From positions 3,660-67,659 of the forward strand of contig CAYFNV010000017.1 of the NCBI GenBank assembly GCA_964344595.1: 64,000 nt of DNA, in the 5' to 3' direction. Each line of letters starts with the position of its first letter. Positions within the stretch are counted from its first letter, which is position 1. Position numbers and translations under genes: made by a program. Of the stretch, positions 47,188 through 57,288 are shown piece after piece. The notes under the pieces were generated by a model that saw nothing but the letters and a program-made list of their open reading frames with translations, searched no databases and had not been told where the DNA came from. Origin of the DNA: an uncultured Nitrospina sp. (GTDB taxonomy: Bacteria; Nitrospinota; Nitrospinia; Nitrospinales; VA-1).

Positions 47188-47323
47188 AAGGCCTCTTTCT
47201 TTACAACTCCCTTTTCCCCAGGCAATCTTCTTGCCATTGCAATGACAGTTATTAGAATCATTGCCTGAAAATGTGTATCCTTATACAGTAGTAAAGGTTC
47301 TTATTCTATAAACTGAGTTCATC

Positions 47324-49804
47324 ATGCCGGATATAAAACCTGAAAATAAAGACAGCATAACCTTATCCGTCAAGGGTATGAGTTGTGCCAGTTGTTCAGC
47401 CAGGATAGAAAAAAAAGTCGGTGAGCTGGAAGGGGTGATTTCAGCTCATGTCAACTTTGCCGCTGAAGTAGCATCCATCGACTTTGATCCACAAAAAATA
47501 TCTCCAGACCAATTTCCCAATGCCATCGAAAAACTGGGGTTTGAAGTTCCCCGGCAGAGCAAGACTTATCCGGTTGAGGGAATGACATGTGCCTCCTGCG
47601 TTTCTCGTGTTGAGAAAAAAATATTGTCTTTACAAGGAGTCTATTCTGTTGATGTGAACCTTGCCTCAGAACAGGTGCTGATTGATTACATCCCAGCTTT
47701 GGTTGATTTTGATACTTTAAGGTTGGCTCTGGAAGAAGCCGGATACCGCTTGTTACCGGAAAAGTTTCAGGGGACCCTGACTGAGGTTGATGAAGGGCGT
47801 TACCATAAACAATTGGCTGATCTAAAGCTAAAACTGGTATTGAGTGGATTGACCAGTGTTTTAGTTATGTTTCTTTCGATGAAAGGTGGATCGTTTTTCA
47901 ATATTCATTTGCAAAATTTAAATATTATATTATTGATTCTGGCTACTCCGGTGCAGTTTTATGGAGGGGGACAATTTTATCGAGGCGCATTTAACGGCTT
48001 TCGTCATGGTTATGCGGATATGAATACACTTATTGCTGTGGGAACTTCAGCGGCTTATTTCTACAGTGCGTGGGTTGCTATTTTCCCGGACTGGGTAAAG
48101 TTTTCAGGGCTTGAGGTTTATTTTGACACATCGGTCATGATCATCACACTCGTATTGTTAGGACGTTGGATGGAGGCTCGAGCAAAACATAGTGCCTCAT
48201 CTGCAATCAAGAAATTAATGGGACTTCAGCCTAAAACTGCTCATGTTGAAAGAGAGGGCAGGGAAATCGAAATCAGTGTGGAAGAACTCTTGGTGGGAGA
48301 TGTGGTTCGGGTTCATCCCGGAGAAAAAGTTCCTGTTGATGGTATTTTGGTTGAAGGCCAGTCCTCCATTGATGAATCGATGCTGACCGGAGAAAGCGTT
48401 CCAGTAGAAAAGAATCCCGGAGATGAGGTGATCGGCGCGAGCCTCAATAAAACCGGGTTTTTTAAGTTTCGCGTGACCCGTATGGGTAAAGATACCGTGC
48501 TAGCACAAATCATTCAACTTGTGGAACAGGCGCAGGGATCAAAGGCACCTGTTCAAAGGCTAGCAGATAAGATTGCTGGAATTTTTGTGCCAACGGTTAT
48601 TGTTCTGGCTCTCCTGGCTATGGCATTCTGGTGGGGAGTGGGAGATTCTATTACTGCTTTGCCTGTGACACCCTTTCTTTTTGCTTTGATGATCTTTATT
48701 TCAGTCATGATTATTGCCTGCCCATGTGCTTTAGGGCTCGCTACACCTACAGCAATCATGGTTGGAACCGGTAAAGGAGCTGAGATGGGCATACTGATCA
48801 AAAGCGGTGAAGCTTTGGAGCAGGCTGAAAAACTGGATACGATTATATTTGACAAAACAGGAACTCTTACTTTTGGAAAACCGGAAGTCACTGATGTGTT
48901 GTTATCTCCCGCGTCTTCAGTGGATGCGGACCGCCTATTGGAACTTGCCGGTTCAATGGAAAAACAATCGGAACACCCTTTGGCGCAGGCTGTTGTTTTA
49001 GAGACAAAGAAACGCGGCCTGAAATTTGAAGCTGTTTCGGACTTTGAGGCGCTTCCAGGTTTTGGAGTAAAAGGAAAAGTAGGAACTAACGATGTTCTAT
49101 TGGGAAATATCAAATTAATGCAGGACCAACGAATCGACATTTCTTCCTTAAGTGGAGACTTGGAAAAACTGGCTGAGCAGGGTAAGACACCCATGATATT
49201 GAGTGTTGACGGTGTGGTCGCCGGCCTCATCACTACTTCTGACAAACTAAAACCTTATGCTAAAGAATGTGTACACCATCTCAGAAAAATGGGTATGAAG
49301 GTAATGATGGTTACTGGTGACAATCAGAAAACCGCACAAGCAGTTGCACAGCAGCTTGGTATAGATGAAGTGATCGCAGATGTTCTACCTTCGGGAAAGA
49401 GAGACGAAATCAAAAAACAGATGGCTGATGGTAGTAAGGTCGCTATGGTGGGTGATGGAATTAATGATGCCCCTGCGCTGGCTGAATCTACCGTAGGCAT
49501 TGCTTTAGGAAGTGGTACTGATGTTGCAATGGAGGCATCCGATATCACTTTGGTCACTTCAGACCTTCGCATTGTCCCTCAGGCAATAGAATTGAGTCGA
49601 CACACATTGACAAAAATCCGGCAAAATCTTTTCTGGGCATTTTTTTATAATGTGATGGGAATTCCTATTGCGGCGGGGGTCTTGTATCCTTTTTATGGAG
49701 TTCTCTTAAAACCTATATTTGCCGCTGTAGCCATGTCATTGAGCTCTGTTTCGGTAGTTGGAAATTCTCTTTTGTTAAAACGCTTTTCTCCTTCCAAACT
49801 TTAG
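47324..49804 (+). CDS. copA: Copper-translocating P1B-type ATPase with two N-terminal HMA domains
   Basis: Two GM(S/T)CASC metal-binding domains, TGES, CPC in TM6 ([12 protein letters not shown]), DKTGTLT, and GDGINDAP. Confidence 0.95.
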   Translation: MPDIKPENKDSITLSVKGMSCASCSARIEKKVGELEGVISAHVNFAAEVASIDFDPQKISPDQFPNAIEKLGFEVPRQSKTYPVEGMTCASCVSRVEKKILSLQGVYSVDVNLASEQVLIDYIPALVDFDTLRLALEEAGYRLLPEKFQGTLTEVDEGRYHKQLADLKLKLVLSGLTSVLVMFLSMKGGSFFNIHLQNLNIILLILATPVQFYGGGQFYRGAFNGFRHGYADMNTLIAVGTSAAYFYSAWVAIFPDWVKFSGLEVYFDTSVMIITLVLLGRWMEARAKHSASSAIKKLMGLQPKTAHVEREGREIEISVEELLVGDVVRVHPGEKVPVDGILVEGQSSIDESMLTGESVPVEKNPGDEVIGASLNKTGFFKFRVTRMGKDTVLAQIIQLVEQAQGSKAPVQRLADKIAGIFVPTVIVLALLAMAFWWGVGDSITALPVTPFLFALMIFISVMIIACPCALGLATPTAIMVGTGKGAEMGILIKSGEALEQAEKLDTIIFDKTGTLTFGKPEVTDVLLSPASSVDADRLLELAGSMEKQSEHPLAQAVVLETKKRGLKFEAVSDFEALPGFGVKGKVGTNDVLLGNIKLMQDQRIDISSLSGDLEKLAEQGKTPMILSVDGVVAGLITTSDKLKPYAKECVHHLRKMGMKVMMVTGDNQKTAQAVAQQLGIDEVIADVLPSGKRDEIKKQMADGSKVAMVGDGINDAPALAESTVGIALGSGTDVAMEASDITLVTSDLRIVPQAIELSRHTLTKIRQNLFWAFFYNVMGIPIAAGVLYPFYGVLLKPIFAAVAMSLSSVSVVGNSLLLKRFSPSKL

Positions 49805-49813
49805 GGACAGGTT

Positions 49814-50998
49814 GTGGCCCCTGCTGAAAGTTCAAAAACGATACAGTCGCTTTGTTTTTCTATAGTGGTAGTTTTTTTCTTTTTTGGATTTGTTGAGTTG
49901 CTTCTCAGGTTATCGGGATTTGAACCTGTATTACGCTATAAATCTTATACCATTCCATCCTGGATGGAAGAGATGGACCCAGTCGTATTGGAAAAGTACC
50001 AGCAATTTGTGGATGGACAGGGTTTCGTGAATGAGGATGTTTATGCCTATAAGCCAGATTTTCGGTACGGCTATCTTCTAAAACCAGGCTTTACTACCAC
50101 GGTTCAGAATTATTCCTCTGCTTTTATGGTGGACAAGCTTCCTTCATGGACAATTATTGCTGACTCAGAAGGGTTTCGTGCTTCCCCCCGAAACAAGGCC
50201 ATAACTGAAGCTAATGGAAAAACATTGTATGTATTGGGTGACTCCAGCAGCTTCGGCTGGGGAGTGGATTACGAAAAGTCATATACATATTTATTAACAG
50301 AAAAATTAAATACCATTTCTGCTTTTAGTTTAAGTAACTTTTCACTTCCCGGCTTCTCTTCCTTTCAGGGAAAATTGCTTTGGCAGGAAATTGAAGGTGT
50401 GGAAAAGGATGATTGGGTCATCCTGTCCTATGGTTGGAACGATTCCTATCCCTCATTTCAAACTGATCAACGTCAATTTGAACTGCGAAACTCTCTGGCA
50501 GGAAAAGTTGTTTGGAAATTGAAGCAACTTTTACTTTATCGATGGATGACAACATGGGGATTGCCAAATTTTGCTCACAAAGAGAAGGAAGGCACGCGTG
50601 TTCCATTAGAGCAATACCGTGAAAACCTTGAATCATTAATCGAGGGTGTCCAACTGATGGGTGCAAAGCCCTTACTTGTCAATGTTTGTAACCCAGACTC
50701 ATATCAGAATGTGGTTGAGCAGATTGCAAAGAATAAAAAAATATCCTTTATAAACTTTCCTTCAGCATTTAAGCCCTACTTATCAACGGTTCACGACCGG
50801 TTTCCCGACTTGTTTGTTACCTATTTTGAGGCCTACGGGGAGGATATGGAAGACGACTCTATGTTGGCTTTCTTGTTTCCTGACCGTTGTCATCCTAATG
50901 AAATTGGTCATGGGCTGATGGCTGAGATAATTTTTGAAGCTCTAAAGAAGGAAATCCGCAATGCAAACGAAAATAAAATTATAAATAGCGAAAGTTAA
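49814..50998 (+). CDS. Membrane-anchored SGNH/GDSL-family hydrolase
   Basis: N-terminal TM segment, block I YVLGDSSSFGWG, block III GWND, block V DRCHPNEIGH. GTG start. Confidence 0.7.
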   Translation: MAPAESSKTIQSLCFSIVVVFFFFGFVELLLRLSGFEPVLRYKSYTIPSWMEEMDPVVLEKYQQFVDGQGFVNEDVYAYKPDFRYGYLLKPGFTTTVQNYSSAFMVDKLPSWTIIADSEGFRASPRNKAITEANGKTLYVLGDSSSFGWGVDYEKSYTYLLTEKLNTISAFSLSNFSLPGFSSFQGKLLWQEIEGVEKDDWVILSYGWNDSYPSFQTDQRQFELRNSLAGKVVWKLKQLLLYRWMTTWGLPNFAHKEKEGTRVPLEQYRENLESLIEGVQLMGAKPLLVNVCNPDSYQNVVEQIAKNKKISFINFPSAFKPYLSTVHDRFPDLFVTYFEAYGEDMEDDSMLAFLFPDRCHPNEIGHGLMAEIIFEALKKEIRNANENKIINSES

Positions 50999-51023
50999 AA
51001 AATAACAGGGCAAGTTCGAAGAA

Positions 51024-52778
51024 CTACTTATCGAATCCGGATACGAGAACTTCACGGTTGTAAGCGGCGACAACTTCACCGCGATTGACCATGCCTATCA
51101 CTCGTTTTGGATCGTCCGGGCGGACTACAGGGAGCTGTTCCACATCAAGTTTAGCAAACATCTCCATCGCCTGATTGAGGTTGTTTTCCGGAGTGAGAGT
51201 CATGACGGATGTCACCTTTAAATCATTGGCAACGATCAGGTCACCCAGGTCATCTTCAAATATCATTTCCCGTATCATATGAAAAGATAACAGGCCAGAC
51301 ATCTCTCCTTCGGTATTCACCACAGGAAAATAAAAGTTCTTGGAATAGGAAACGGTTTCCAGAATTTTTCGAAATGGCATGCCTTCTGGAATCGTAGTGA
51401 TATCTTTGCTTAAAACATCACTGACCTTAATTGCGTTCAGGATAGATACTTCGCGTCCGTGTTTGATATTGATTCCTTCCTTTAAGAGCTTTTGTATATA
51501 GATAGAATTAATGTCAAATGCGCGAAACGTGTAAGCTGAAACGATGCAGGTGATCATGATTGGTAAGATAATGGTGTAATCGTTGGTCAGCTCAAACAAC
51601 ATCAAAATATTTGTCAATGGTGCCTGCATTACGGCACCCGCTACGGCACCCATTCCTACAAGCGCATAGGTCTCGGGTGAAGCGGTGAGACTTGGGTTGA
51701 TCCCATGCACCAAGGCTCCAAATGTAGAGCCCAGCATAGCTCCGATAAATAGTGAAGGTGCGAAGACCCCACCCAAACCTCCTGAACCTAAAGTTGTGGC
51801 CGTGCTGATGATTTTCAAAAAAATCAAACCGAAGGCAAGTCCCCAGAAAAGTTCCCCGTTCAGAGCTTTTTCCATAAATTCGTAACCATTACCCAGGATC
51901 GCTGGAAAAGCAATGGAGATTAACCCAACGATCAATCCTCCAAGGGCTGGTTTCAAGGGTTTGGGGAGATGGACCTTCGTGTCAAAAACTTCAAAAGCTT
52001 TGAAATATGAAAAAGTGAACAACCTTGAAACCACACCACACAAAAAACCCAGAAACAAATAAAAAACTATTTCGGAATAGCTGACCAGTTCATGAACCGG
52101 CACATGGAAAGTGATTTCGTTGCCTTCCATTGCCCTGCCGGTAGCCGTACCAATTACTGAAGCAACTACAATGGGACTGAACGTATGGATGGTAAAGTCA
52201 GTAAGAATAATCTCAAGAGCGAACAAAACACCAGCCAAAGGAGCATTGAAGGAGGCAGCGATTCCCGCTGCTGCGCCACAACCGACCAAAACCTGGACTC
52301 TTTCATGGGAAAGGTGAAACAGGTTGCCAAGAGCCGAACCCACTGCTGATCCTATCTGTACGGTAGGTCCTTCGCGTCCTGCTGAACCTCCAGACCCAAT
52401 AGTGAGTGCCGAGGTGGTAGAGCAGGTCAGCAAAGTTCGTTTGCGGATTTTGCCTGCCTTCATTGCAACTGCGTGCATGACTCGGTGTACCCCGTTTTCT
52501 TTAACTGCATCAGGAAAAAAGTGGCAAATGGCGCCTGTAATGATCCCACCTATCATTGGCATGAGCGGTAACAGAAGTGGAACTACAGAGCCCGTTATAC
52601 CAATGACTGCCAGTCCGTCAGCCGAAAAAATATCTCCAAAAAGTTCTATCAGCCTGCGAAATAGGGTAGATGCCAGACCTGCAAGAAAGCCGATCACAGC
52701 CGCCAGTAATAGCAAATTATGATCCTGCATTAAGAGGTTCTTGATCCTCTCACGGAGATTTTCAAGTATGGTCTGCAT
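51024..52778 (-). CDS. ClC-family chloride channel / H+-Cl- antiporter with C-terminal CBS pair
   Basis: GSGGSAGREGP, GIAASFNAPLAGVLFALE and GGVFAPSLFIGA selectivity motifs, plus two CBS-like repeats in the last ~140 aa. The ATG at 52778 is preferred over 52829. Confidence 0.9.
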   Translation of the reverse strand: MQTILENLRERIKNLLMQDHNLLLLAAVIGFLAGLASTLFRRLIELFGDIFSADGLAVIGITGSVVPLLLPLMPMIGGIITGAICHFFPDAVKENGVHRVMHAVAMKAGKIRKRTLLTCSTTSALTIGSGGSAGREGPTVQIGSAVGSALGNLFHLSHERVQVLVGCGAAAGIAASFNAPLAGVLFALEIILTDFTIHTFSPIVVASVIGTATGRAMEGNEITFHVPVHELVSYSEIVFYLFLGFLCGVVSRLFTFSYFKAFEVFDTKVHLPKPLKPALGGLIVGLISIAFPAILGNGYEFMEKALNGELFWGLAFGLIFLKIISTATTLGSGGLGGVFAPSLFIGAMLGSTFGALVHGINPSLTASPETYALVGMGAVAGAVMQAPLTNILMLFELTNDYTIILPIMITCIVSAYTFRAFDINSIYIQKLLKEGINIKHGREVSILNAIKVSDVLSKDITTIPEGMPFRKILETVSYSKNFYFPVVNTEGEMSGLLSFHMIREMIFEDDLGDLIVANDLKVTSVMTLTPENNLNQAMEMFAKLDVEQLPVVRPDDPKRVIGMVNRGEVVAAYNREVLVSGFDK

Positions 52779-52933
52779 GGGCATTAAAATAGTGGGGTAA
52801 AAGTCCACCATTATAATGAAATAAGTCATTCAGTTCCAGAGGCTTTGTCTTGATGGATTATAAAAATGGAACGATTTATCTGCTTATGCTATGCTTCGTC
52901 CGGTTTATTTTTCTTTGATAGAGGTAGCTAATA

Positions 52934-53599
52934 ATGGCCGAGAAAAAAGGTGGGGTGATCGTTGCTCCTTCAATCCTCGCCGCAGACTTTTCCCGGCTGG
53001 GAGATGAAGTCAAGGCGGTAGAACAAGCTGGGGCTGATTGGATCCATGTTGATGTTATGGATGGGCATTTTGTGCCTAATATTACTATTGGTCCCGCTGT
53101 TGTCGAATCTATACGAAAAGTGACAGAACTGCCGCTGGATGTTCATTTGATGATTGAAAATGCTGACAATTATATTGGTGAGTTTATTTCAGCAGGGGCT
53201 GACATAATTACTGTCCATGTTGAAGCTTGTCCTCATTTGAACCGTACCATTCAGTTGATCAAGGATCAGGATAAAATGTCGGGAGTAGTGTTGAACCCTG
53301 CAACTCCGCTTTCTTCACTAGAAGAAATTTTGCACGAGATTGACATGGTTTTACTCATGTCAGTCAACCCGGGCTTTGGTGGCCAAAAGTTTATTCCATC
53401 TATTTTGGACAAAATCCAGAACCTGAGTGAAATCACCACACATTATGAAAACCCTATCGCACTGGAAGTAGATGGTGGTATCAACTCTGATAATGCCGCT
53501 GATATTGCAGAGGCAGGGGCAAGCGTATTGGTTGCCGGATCGGCGATTTTCAACTCAAAAGACTATAAAAAGGCGATAGAATCCCTTCGTCAGGGCTGA
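52934..53599 (+). CDS. rpe: Ribulose-phosphate 3-epimerase
   Basis: APSILAADFSRLGDEV, HVDVMDGHFVPN, DVHLM, SVNPGFGGQKF, VDGGI. Confidence 0.94.
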   Translation: MAEKKGGVIVAPSILAADFSRLGDEVKAVEQAGADWIHVDVMDGHFVPNITIGPAVVESIRKVTELPLDVHLMIENADNYIGEFISAGADIITVHVEACPHLNRTIQLIKDQDKMSGVVLNPATPLSSLEEILHEIDMVLLMSVNPGFGGQKFIPSILDKIQNLSEITTHYENPIALEVDGGINSDNAADIAEAGASVLVAGSAIFNSKDYKKAIESLRQG

Positions 53600-53751
53600 A
53601 AGGGGCTCTGCTGACTTGATTGAGGCCATTTCCCCTTGTAATCACTTATAAAAAAAAGCTAAACTGCAGTAATATCACTTAAGAGTTTCTGTAGGTAGAT
53701 GCCCTGCAAGAGGCCGGAAGCCTGTTATCAAATACTGGGAGGATAAGAATT

Positions 53752-54123
53752 ATGATGGGAATTGGTTTTCCTGAGTTGATGGTCATTTTGATCATCATTA
53801 TGATTATTTTCGGGGCAGGAAAGCTTCCCGAAATCGGAAGTGCTTTTGGCCGCAGTATTAAAAACTTTAAAAGTTCCATGAAAGAAGCGCAAGAAGATGA
53901 CGAGGCGGTAGCAGTGGAAGAGGGCGAACAAGTTGCCCAGGTCGAAGAAGGTAAGGCCGAGGAAGATATGACTGACGAAGAAAAAGAAGCCGCGATTCGA
54001 AAAAAAGCTGAGGAAGAAGGGGAAGCTAAAGATAAAGCTATGAAAGATGCCGCCGATAGCTTTACGGCATCTCTTCCCAGAAAAGGATCTTACGACTTCA
54101 GTAAAGACCAGGAAAAAAGTTAA
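53752..54123 (+). CDS. tatA: Twin-arginine translocase TatA/E family protein with extended acidic C-terminal tail
   Basis: [40 protein letters not shown] (TM helix, FG hinge, amphipathic helix), followed by ~75 aa rich in E/D/K/A. Confidence 0.85.
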   Translation: MMGIGFPELMVILIIIMIIFGAGKLPEIGSAFGRSIKNFKSSMKEAQEDDEAVAVEEGEQVAQVEEGKAEEDMTDEEKEAAIRKKAEEEGEAKDKAMKDAADSFTASLPRKGSYDFSKDQEKS

Positions 54124-54144
54124 AAGAGAAAAGTACTGTTTTAT

Positions 54145-54181
54145 AAAAAACCCCGTGCCAACAGGCACGGGGTTTTTTTTT
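54145..54181. terminator. Strong bidirectional rho-independent terminator
   Basis: A-run, then a 9-bp GC-rich stem CCCCGTGCC 54151-54159 / GGCACGGGG 54164-54172 with a 4-nt loop, then T9. It sits between convergent genes. Confidence 0.8.
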
Positions 54182-54268
54182 GCGCTCCGGTATAGATTCG
54201 AAATGGGAATTCAGGACTGTTTTGAACTGAACCTAACGAACAAATAACAATTGCTAATATCCCCATTG

Positions 54269-54589
54269 CTAGTTTTCATCATACTCCCAGGGTTCTTTAA
54301 GGTTGTCCATGGTCCAGATAGTCAATCCATCCATATCTTTATAGATACCACGTGTAAAAAAATTGAACGGATCAAAAAACCGCACACCTTTTTCCGGGTC
54401 AATTTCAAAGTTTACCTTTTCCTTCTGAATAGGGTGGGCCTTGCATTCCAGAAACTTTTCACCATCCACTTCTGAAAGTTTAAAGATTTCTTCAATTATA
54501 TCAGGAGGGTACTGCCCCGAATCGACCACTTCCTTCACCTTTTGCATGACCGCTTCTACTTTTTCCTTATCCAGATGATGCATCTTCAT
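54269..54589 (-). CDS. Hypothetical protein (106 aa)
   Basis: Clean ORF between a terminator and an AT-rich upstream region. No family recognised. Confidence 0.45.
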   Translation of the reverse strand: MKMHHLDKEKVEAVMQKVKEVVDSGQYPPDIIEEIFKLSEVDGEKFLECKAHPIQKEKVNFEIDPEKGVRFFDPFNFFTRGIYKDMDGLTIWTMDNLKEPWEYDEN

Positions 54590-54796
54590 ATAATTTGCCA
54601 GCCTCGCTTGAACATTGTTTGTGTTTTGGTAAGGGAATAATTATATCGTAAAAATTTTTTTTATTTGAAAGTTTATGAAAAATAACCTGTTATTGAAAAA
54701 TTCCATCAGCTATTCGCTCTTTGGTTAAGTTATTGGAACTCCGAACCGATCGGTAATAGACTTCATTAATTGCTAATACCGAGGAGAAAACGAACT

Positions 54797-55723
54797 ATGA
54801 AAAAGTCATTTACATTAGTGTTGATATTCACCGTTTCTTTAGTCTGGGGCTCAATGGTCAATGCAGAAAACACAGCCGATGAAACGGTACGTATCTCTGC
54901 AACTGACACCACTTCGGGTAAGCTAGCGGATAAACTTGCCGAAGGGTCGGGTATAAACATCGATAATCTGGTTACCGGCATCAATGAAAAGTTGACGATT
55001 TCTGCTCAGGATAAACTGTCCACCAAAGGTGACCTGTTGACCAACTCCGGGTCCGGAGATACGACATTGGCAGTTGGTACCGATGGTCAGGTGCTGGTGG
55101 TCGACTCCGCTGCCTCCAATGGAATCAAATGGGCGGACTCGCTTGACCTTTCTGCACCCGGTCCCATAGGTGGAACTACTCCTGGCACCGGCGATTTTAC
55201 AGATTTAAGTGCTCAAAATCTTATTATTAAAAATGGCTCTGAAAGAGCTAAACGAATCGCTTTTGCCATCACAGTAAGCAACAATGGGTCTTCTATTCAG
55301 CATAAGGCTAAAAGCTTGGTTGACCCTGTAAATAGTTCAGCTACTTCCTTTCCTTTTCCAAATGAAGTAACTGGTTTATCCGGGACGATTGCCAACACCC
55401 CACTAATAAATTCGTCAACCGATTTTGCTTCAGGAGTGGGTGTATTATCTTCAAACAAGAAGGAATTATATTTTGACTGGATTACTGAACAGGGAAGCTC
55501 CCAATTGAATCATATAACTGGAAAAATTCTCTATAACACTACTGGGACAACTTATTTTTTACGGCCTACATTTCGTAGTATTAACGTAAATGGTTCTGCG
55601 AAGCATAGAATTGGTCTGGTATTACAGAATCCCAGTTCTAGCACCACTTACAACTGGGATTCAGGAACAATTGGTACGAATAAAGAAATTACCTTTATAG
55701 TAGAAGGTTGGGTTAAGTTTTAA
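54797..55723 (+). CDS. Secreted phage-tail-fibre-like protein
   Basis: GAGGAG RBS at 54781 with ATG at 54797 and signal peptide MKKSFTLVLIFTVSLVWGSMVNA. Tail-fibre-type N-terminal motifs are VRISATDTTSGKLADKL, STKGDLLT...LAVGTDGQVLVVDSAASNGIKW and GPIGGTTPGTGDFTDLSA. Confidence 0.6.
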   Translation: MKKSFTLVLIFTVSLVWGSMVNAENTADETVRISATDTTSGKLADKLAEGSGINIDNLVTGINEKLTISAQDKLSTKGDLLTNSGSGDTTLAVGTDGQVLVVDSAASNGIKWADSLDLSAPGPIGGTTPGTGDFTDLSAQNLIIKNGSERAKRIAFAITVSNNGSSIQHKAKSLVDPVNSSATSFPFPNEVTGLSGTIANTPLINSSTDFASGVGVLSSNKKELYFDWITEQGSSQLNHITGKILYNTTGTTYFLRPTFRSINVNGSAKHRIGLVLQNPSSSTTYNWDSGTIGTNKEITFIVEGWVKF

Positions 55724-55742
55724 TTGGTGACTTTGAAATGGA

Positions 55743-55777
55743 AGCCGGGAGTCTATCAGGGCTCCCGGTTTTTTTTT
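55743..55777 (+). terminator. Rho-independent terminator
   Basis: Stem CCGGGAG 55745-55751 / CTCCCGG 55762-55768 followed by T9. Confidence 0.7.
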
Positions 55778-55848
55778 CTGGAGAAAGGTAAATTAAGCCG
55801 AGAAAAATTCTTTATTGCCGGGAAAGCAATTGCTCGTTAGTTCCATGC

Positions 55849-57285
55849 CTAATGGGAGGCGAGGGCGATGATTGCGTCGGGGAAGATACCTAGGTTGATG
55901 GTGCCGATCACACCGATAAAGATTACAAAAAGGGTCATGGGTGTCAGGGAAACTTTAAACTCTGCTTCCTGGTCTTTCATATACATAAAGACAATGACTT
56001 TCAGATAGTAATACAGGGAGATGGCGCTGTTGAGTACGGCGATGATAACCAGTGTGAGCAATCCTTCCTGAATTGCCGCGCTGAAGATATAAAACTTGGC
56101 AACGAATCCCGCAAATGGTGGAAGACCACCCAGCGACAGGAGAAAAATAGTCATACACAAGGATATAACGGGATGCTTGTAGGCCAGGCCTGAATAGTTT
56201 TTGATTTCCAGATTCTCTTCACCTTTTCGACCCAGAATAATGATGATACCGAAAATTCCAAAGGTCATGAAAGCATAAGCCAGCATGTAAAACAGGAGGC
56301 TTGAACTGCCGAGAGAATTTTTGGCAATGACCGCTATCAATATGTAACCTGCATGGGAAATACTGGAAAATGCCAGCATTCTTTTGATGTTGGTTTGCAT
56401 GATAGCACCCAGATTACCCACGAACATACTGAGAACGGCGATAATGCTGAGAAGCAGTTCCCAGGACGGTGACATTTCTGGAAAGGTCTCGGCAAAGACC
56501 CGGAAAAAAGCGGCAAATGCGGCGGCTTTTGGTCCTACTGCCATGAAAGCAGTGACGGGGGTTGGAGCGCCATGATAAACATCCGGAGCCCACATATGAA
56601 AGGGCACAGAGGCTACTTTGAATCCAAATCCAATCACAAGAAGTACCAGTCCCATCAAGAGTAAGGGGTTGGCCTGTGCCGATGGATGCTGTACAAAATC
56701 TGCTATTTTAAACAGGTTTGTGGAACCGGTTGAGCCATAAACCAGAGTCATTCCATACAACAGGAAACCGGTTGCAAATGCACCAAGCAGAAAATACTTA
56801 AGAGCCGCCTCGTTGGACTTATGATCTCCCCGCCTGATTCCAGCCAGTACGTAAAGGCAAATTGAGACGATTTCGATGCCCAGAAAGATCATAATCATAT
56901 CTGTCGACGATGCGAGAAGAATCATCCCCACTGTACAGAACAGGATGAGAGCATAATACTCTCCCGCACCTATGCCTTCTCGCTCGTTGTATTCTGCAGA
57001 TAAAAGAATCGCCAGTGCGGAACTAATGGTGAATATACAAATGAAGAATAACGAAAGATGATCAACAACATAGCTGTCGTTAAAGGAATAAGCTGGAATC
57101 GGATGTTTGGCAAACGCACTGATGGCTGTCATTAAAAGACCAACCAAGCTGGCGAACATCAGGAGAGATTTATTTCGTCCTCCCCAAAGGTCTACCACCA
57201 GTACCATCATTGCGAAAACACTCAGCACAAGTACAGGTGCCAGGGCAATCAGGTCAATAGATTCAGGTGCTAGAATGGGTTCCAC
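55849..57285 (-). CDS. nuoN: NADH-quinone oxidoreductase subunit N
   Basis: 478-aa polytopic antiporter-like subunit, last gene of the nuo run. Conserved FKVASVPFHMWAPDVYHGAPTPVTAF. GTG start. Confidence 0.9.
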   Translation of the reverse strand: MEPILAPESIDLIALAPVLVLSVFAMMVLVVDLWGGRNKSLLMFASLVGLLMTAISAFAKHPIPAYSFNDSYVVDHLSLFFICIFTISSALAILLSAEYNEREGIGAGEYYALILFCTVGMILLASSTDMIMIFLGIEIVSICLYVLAGIRRGDHKSNEAALKYFLLGAFATGFLLYGMTLVYGSTGSTNLFKIADFVQHPSAQANPLLLMGLVLLVIGFGFKVASVPFHMWAPDVYHGAPTPVTAFMAVGPKAAAFAAFFRVFAETFPEMSPSWELLLSIIAVLSMFVGNLGAIMQTNIKRMLAFSSISHAGYILIAVIAKNSLGSSSLLFYMLAYAFMTFGIFGIIIILGRKGEENLEIKNYSGLAYKHPVISLCMTIFLLSLGGLPPFAGFVAKFYIFSAAIQEGLLTLVIIAVLNSAISLYYYLKVIVFMYMKDQEAEFKVSLTPMTLFVIFIGVIGTINLGIFPDAIIALASH

Positions 57286-57288
57286 GGT

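Noticed and set aside
48553-49245. 230-aa ORF antisense to copA.
   Set aside because: It lies wholly inside the strongly supported copA frame (DKTGT and GDGINDAP are on the plus strand). The product has no recognisable motifs and is typical of an antisense shadow ORF.
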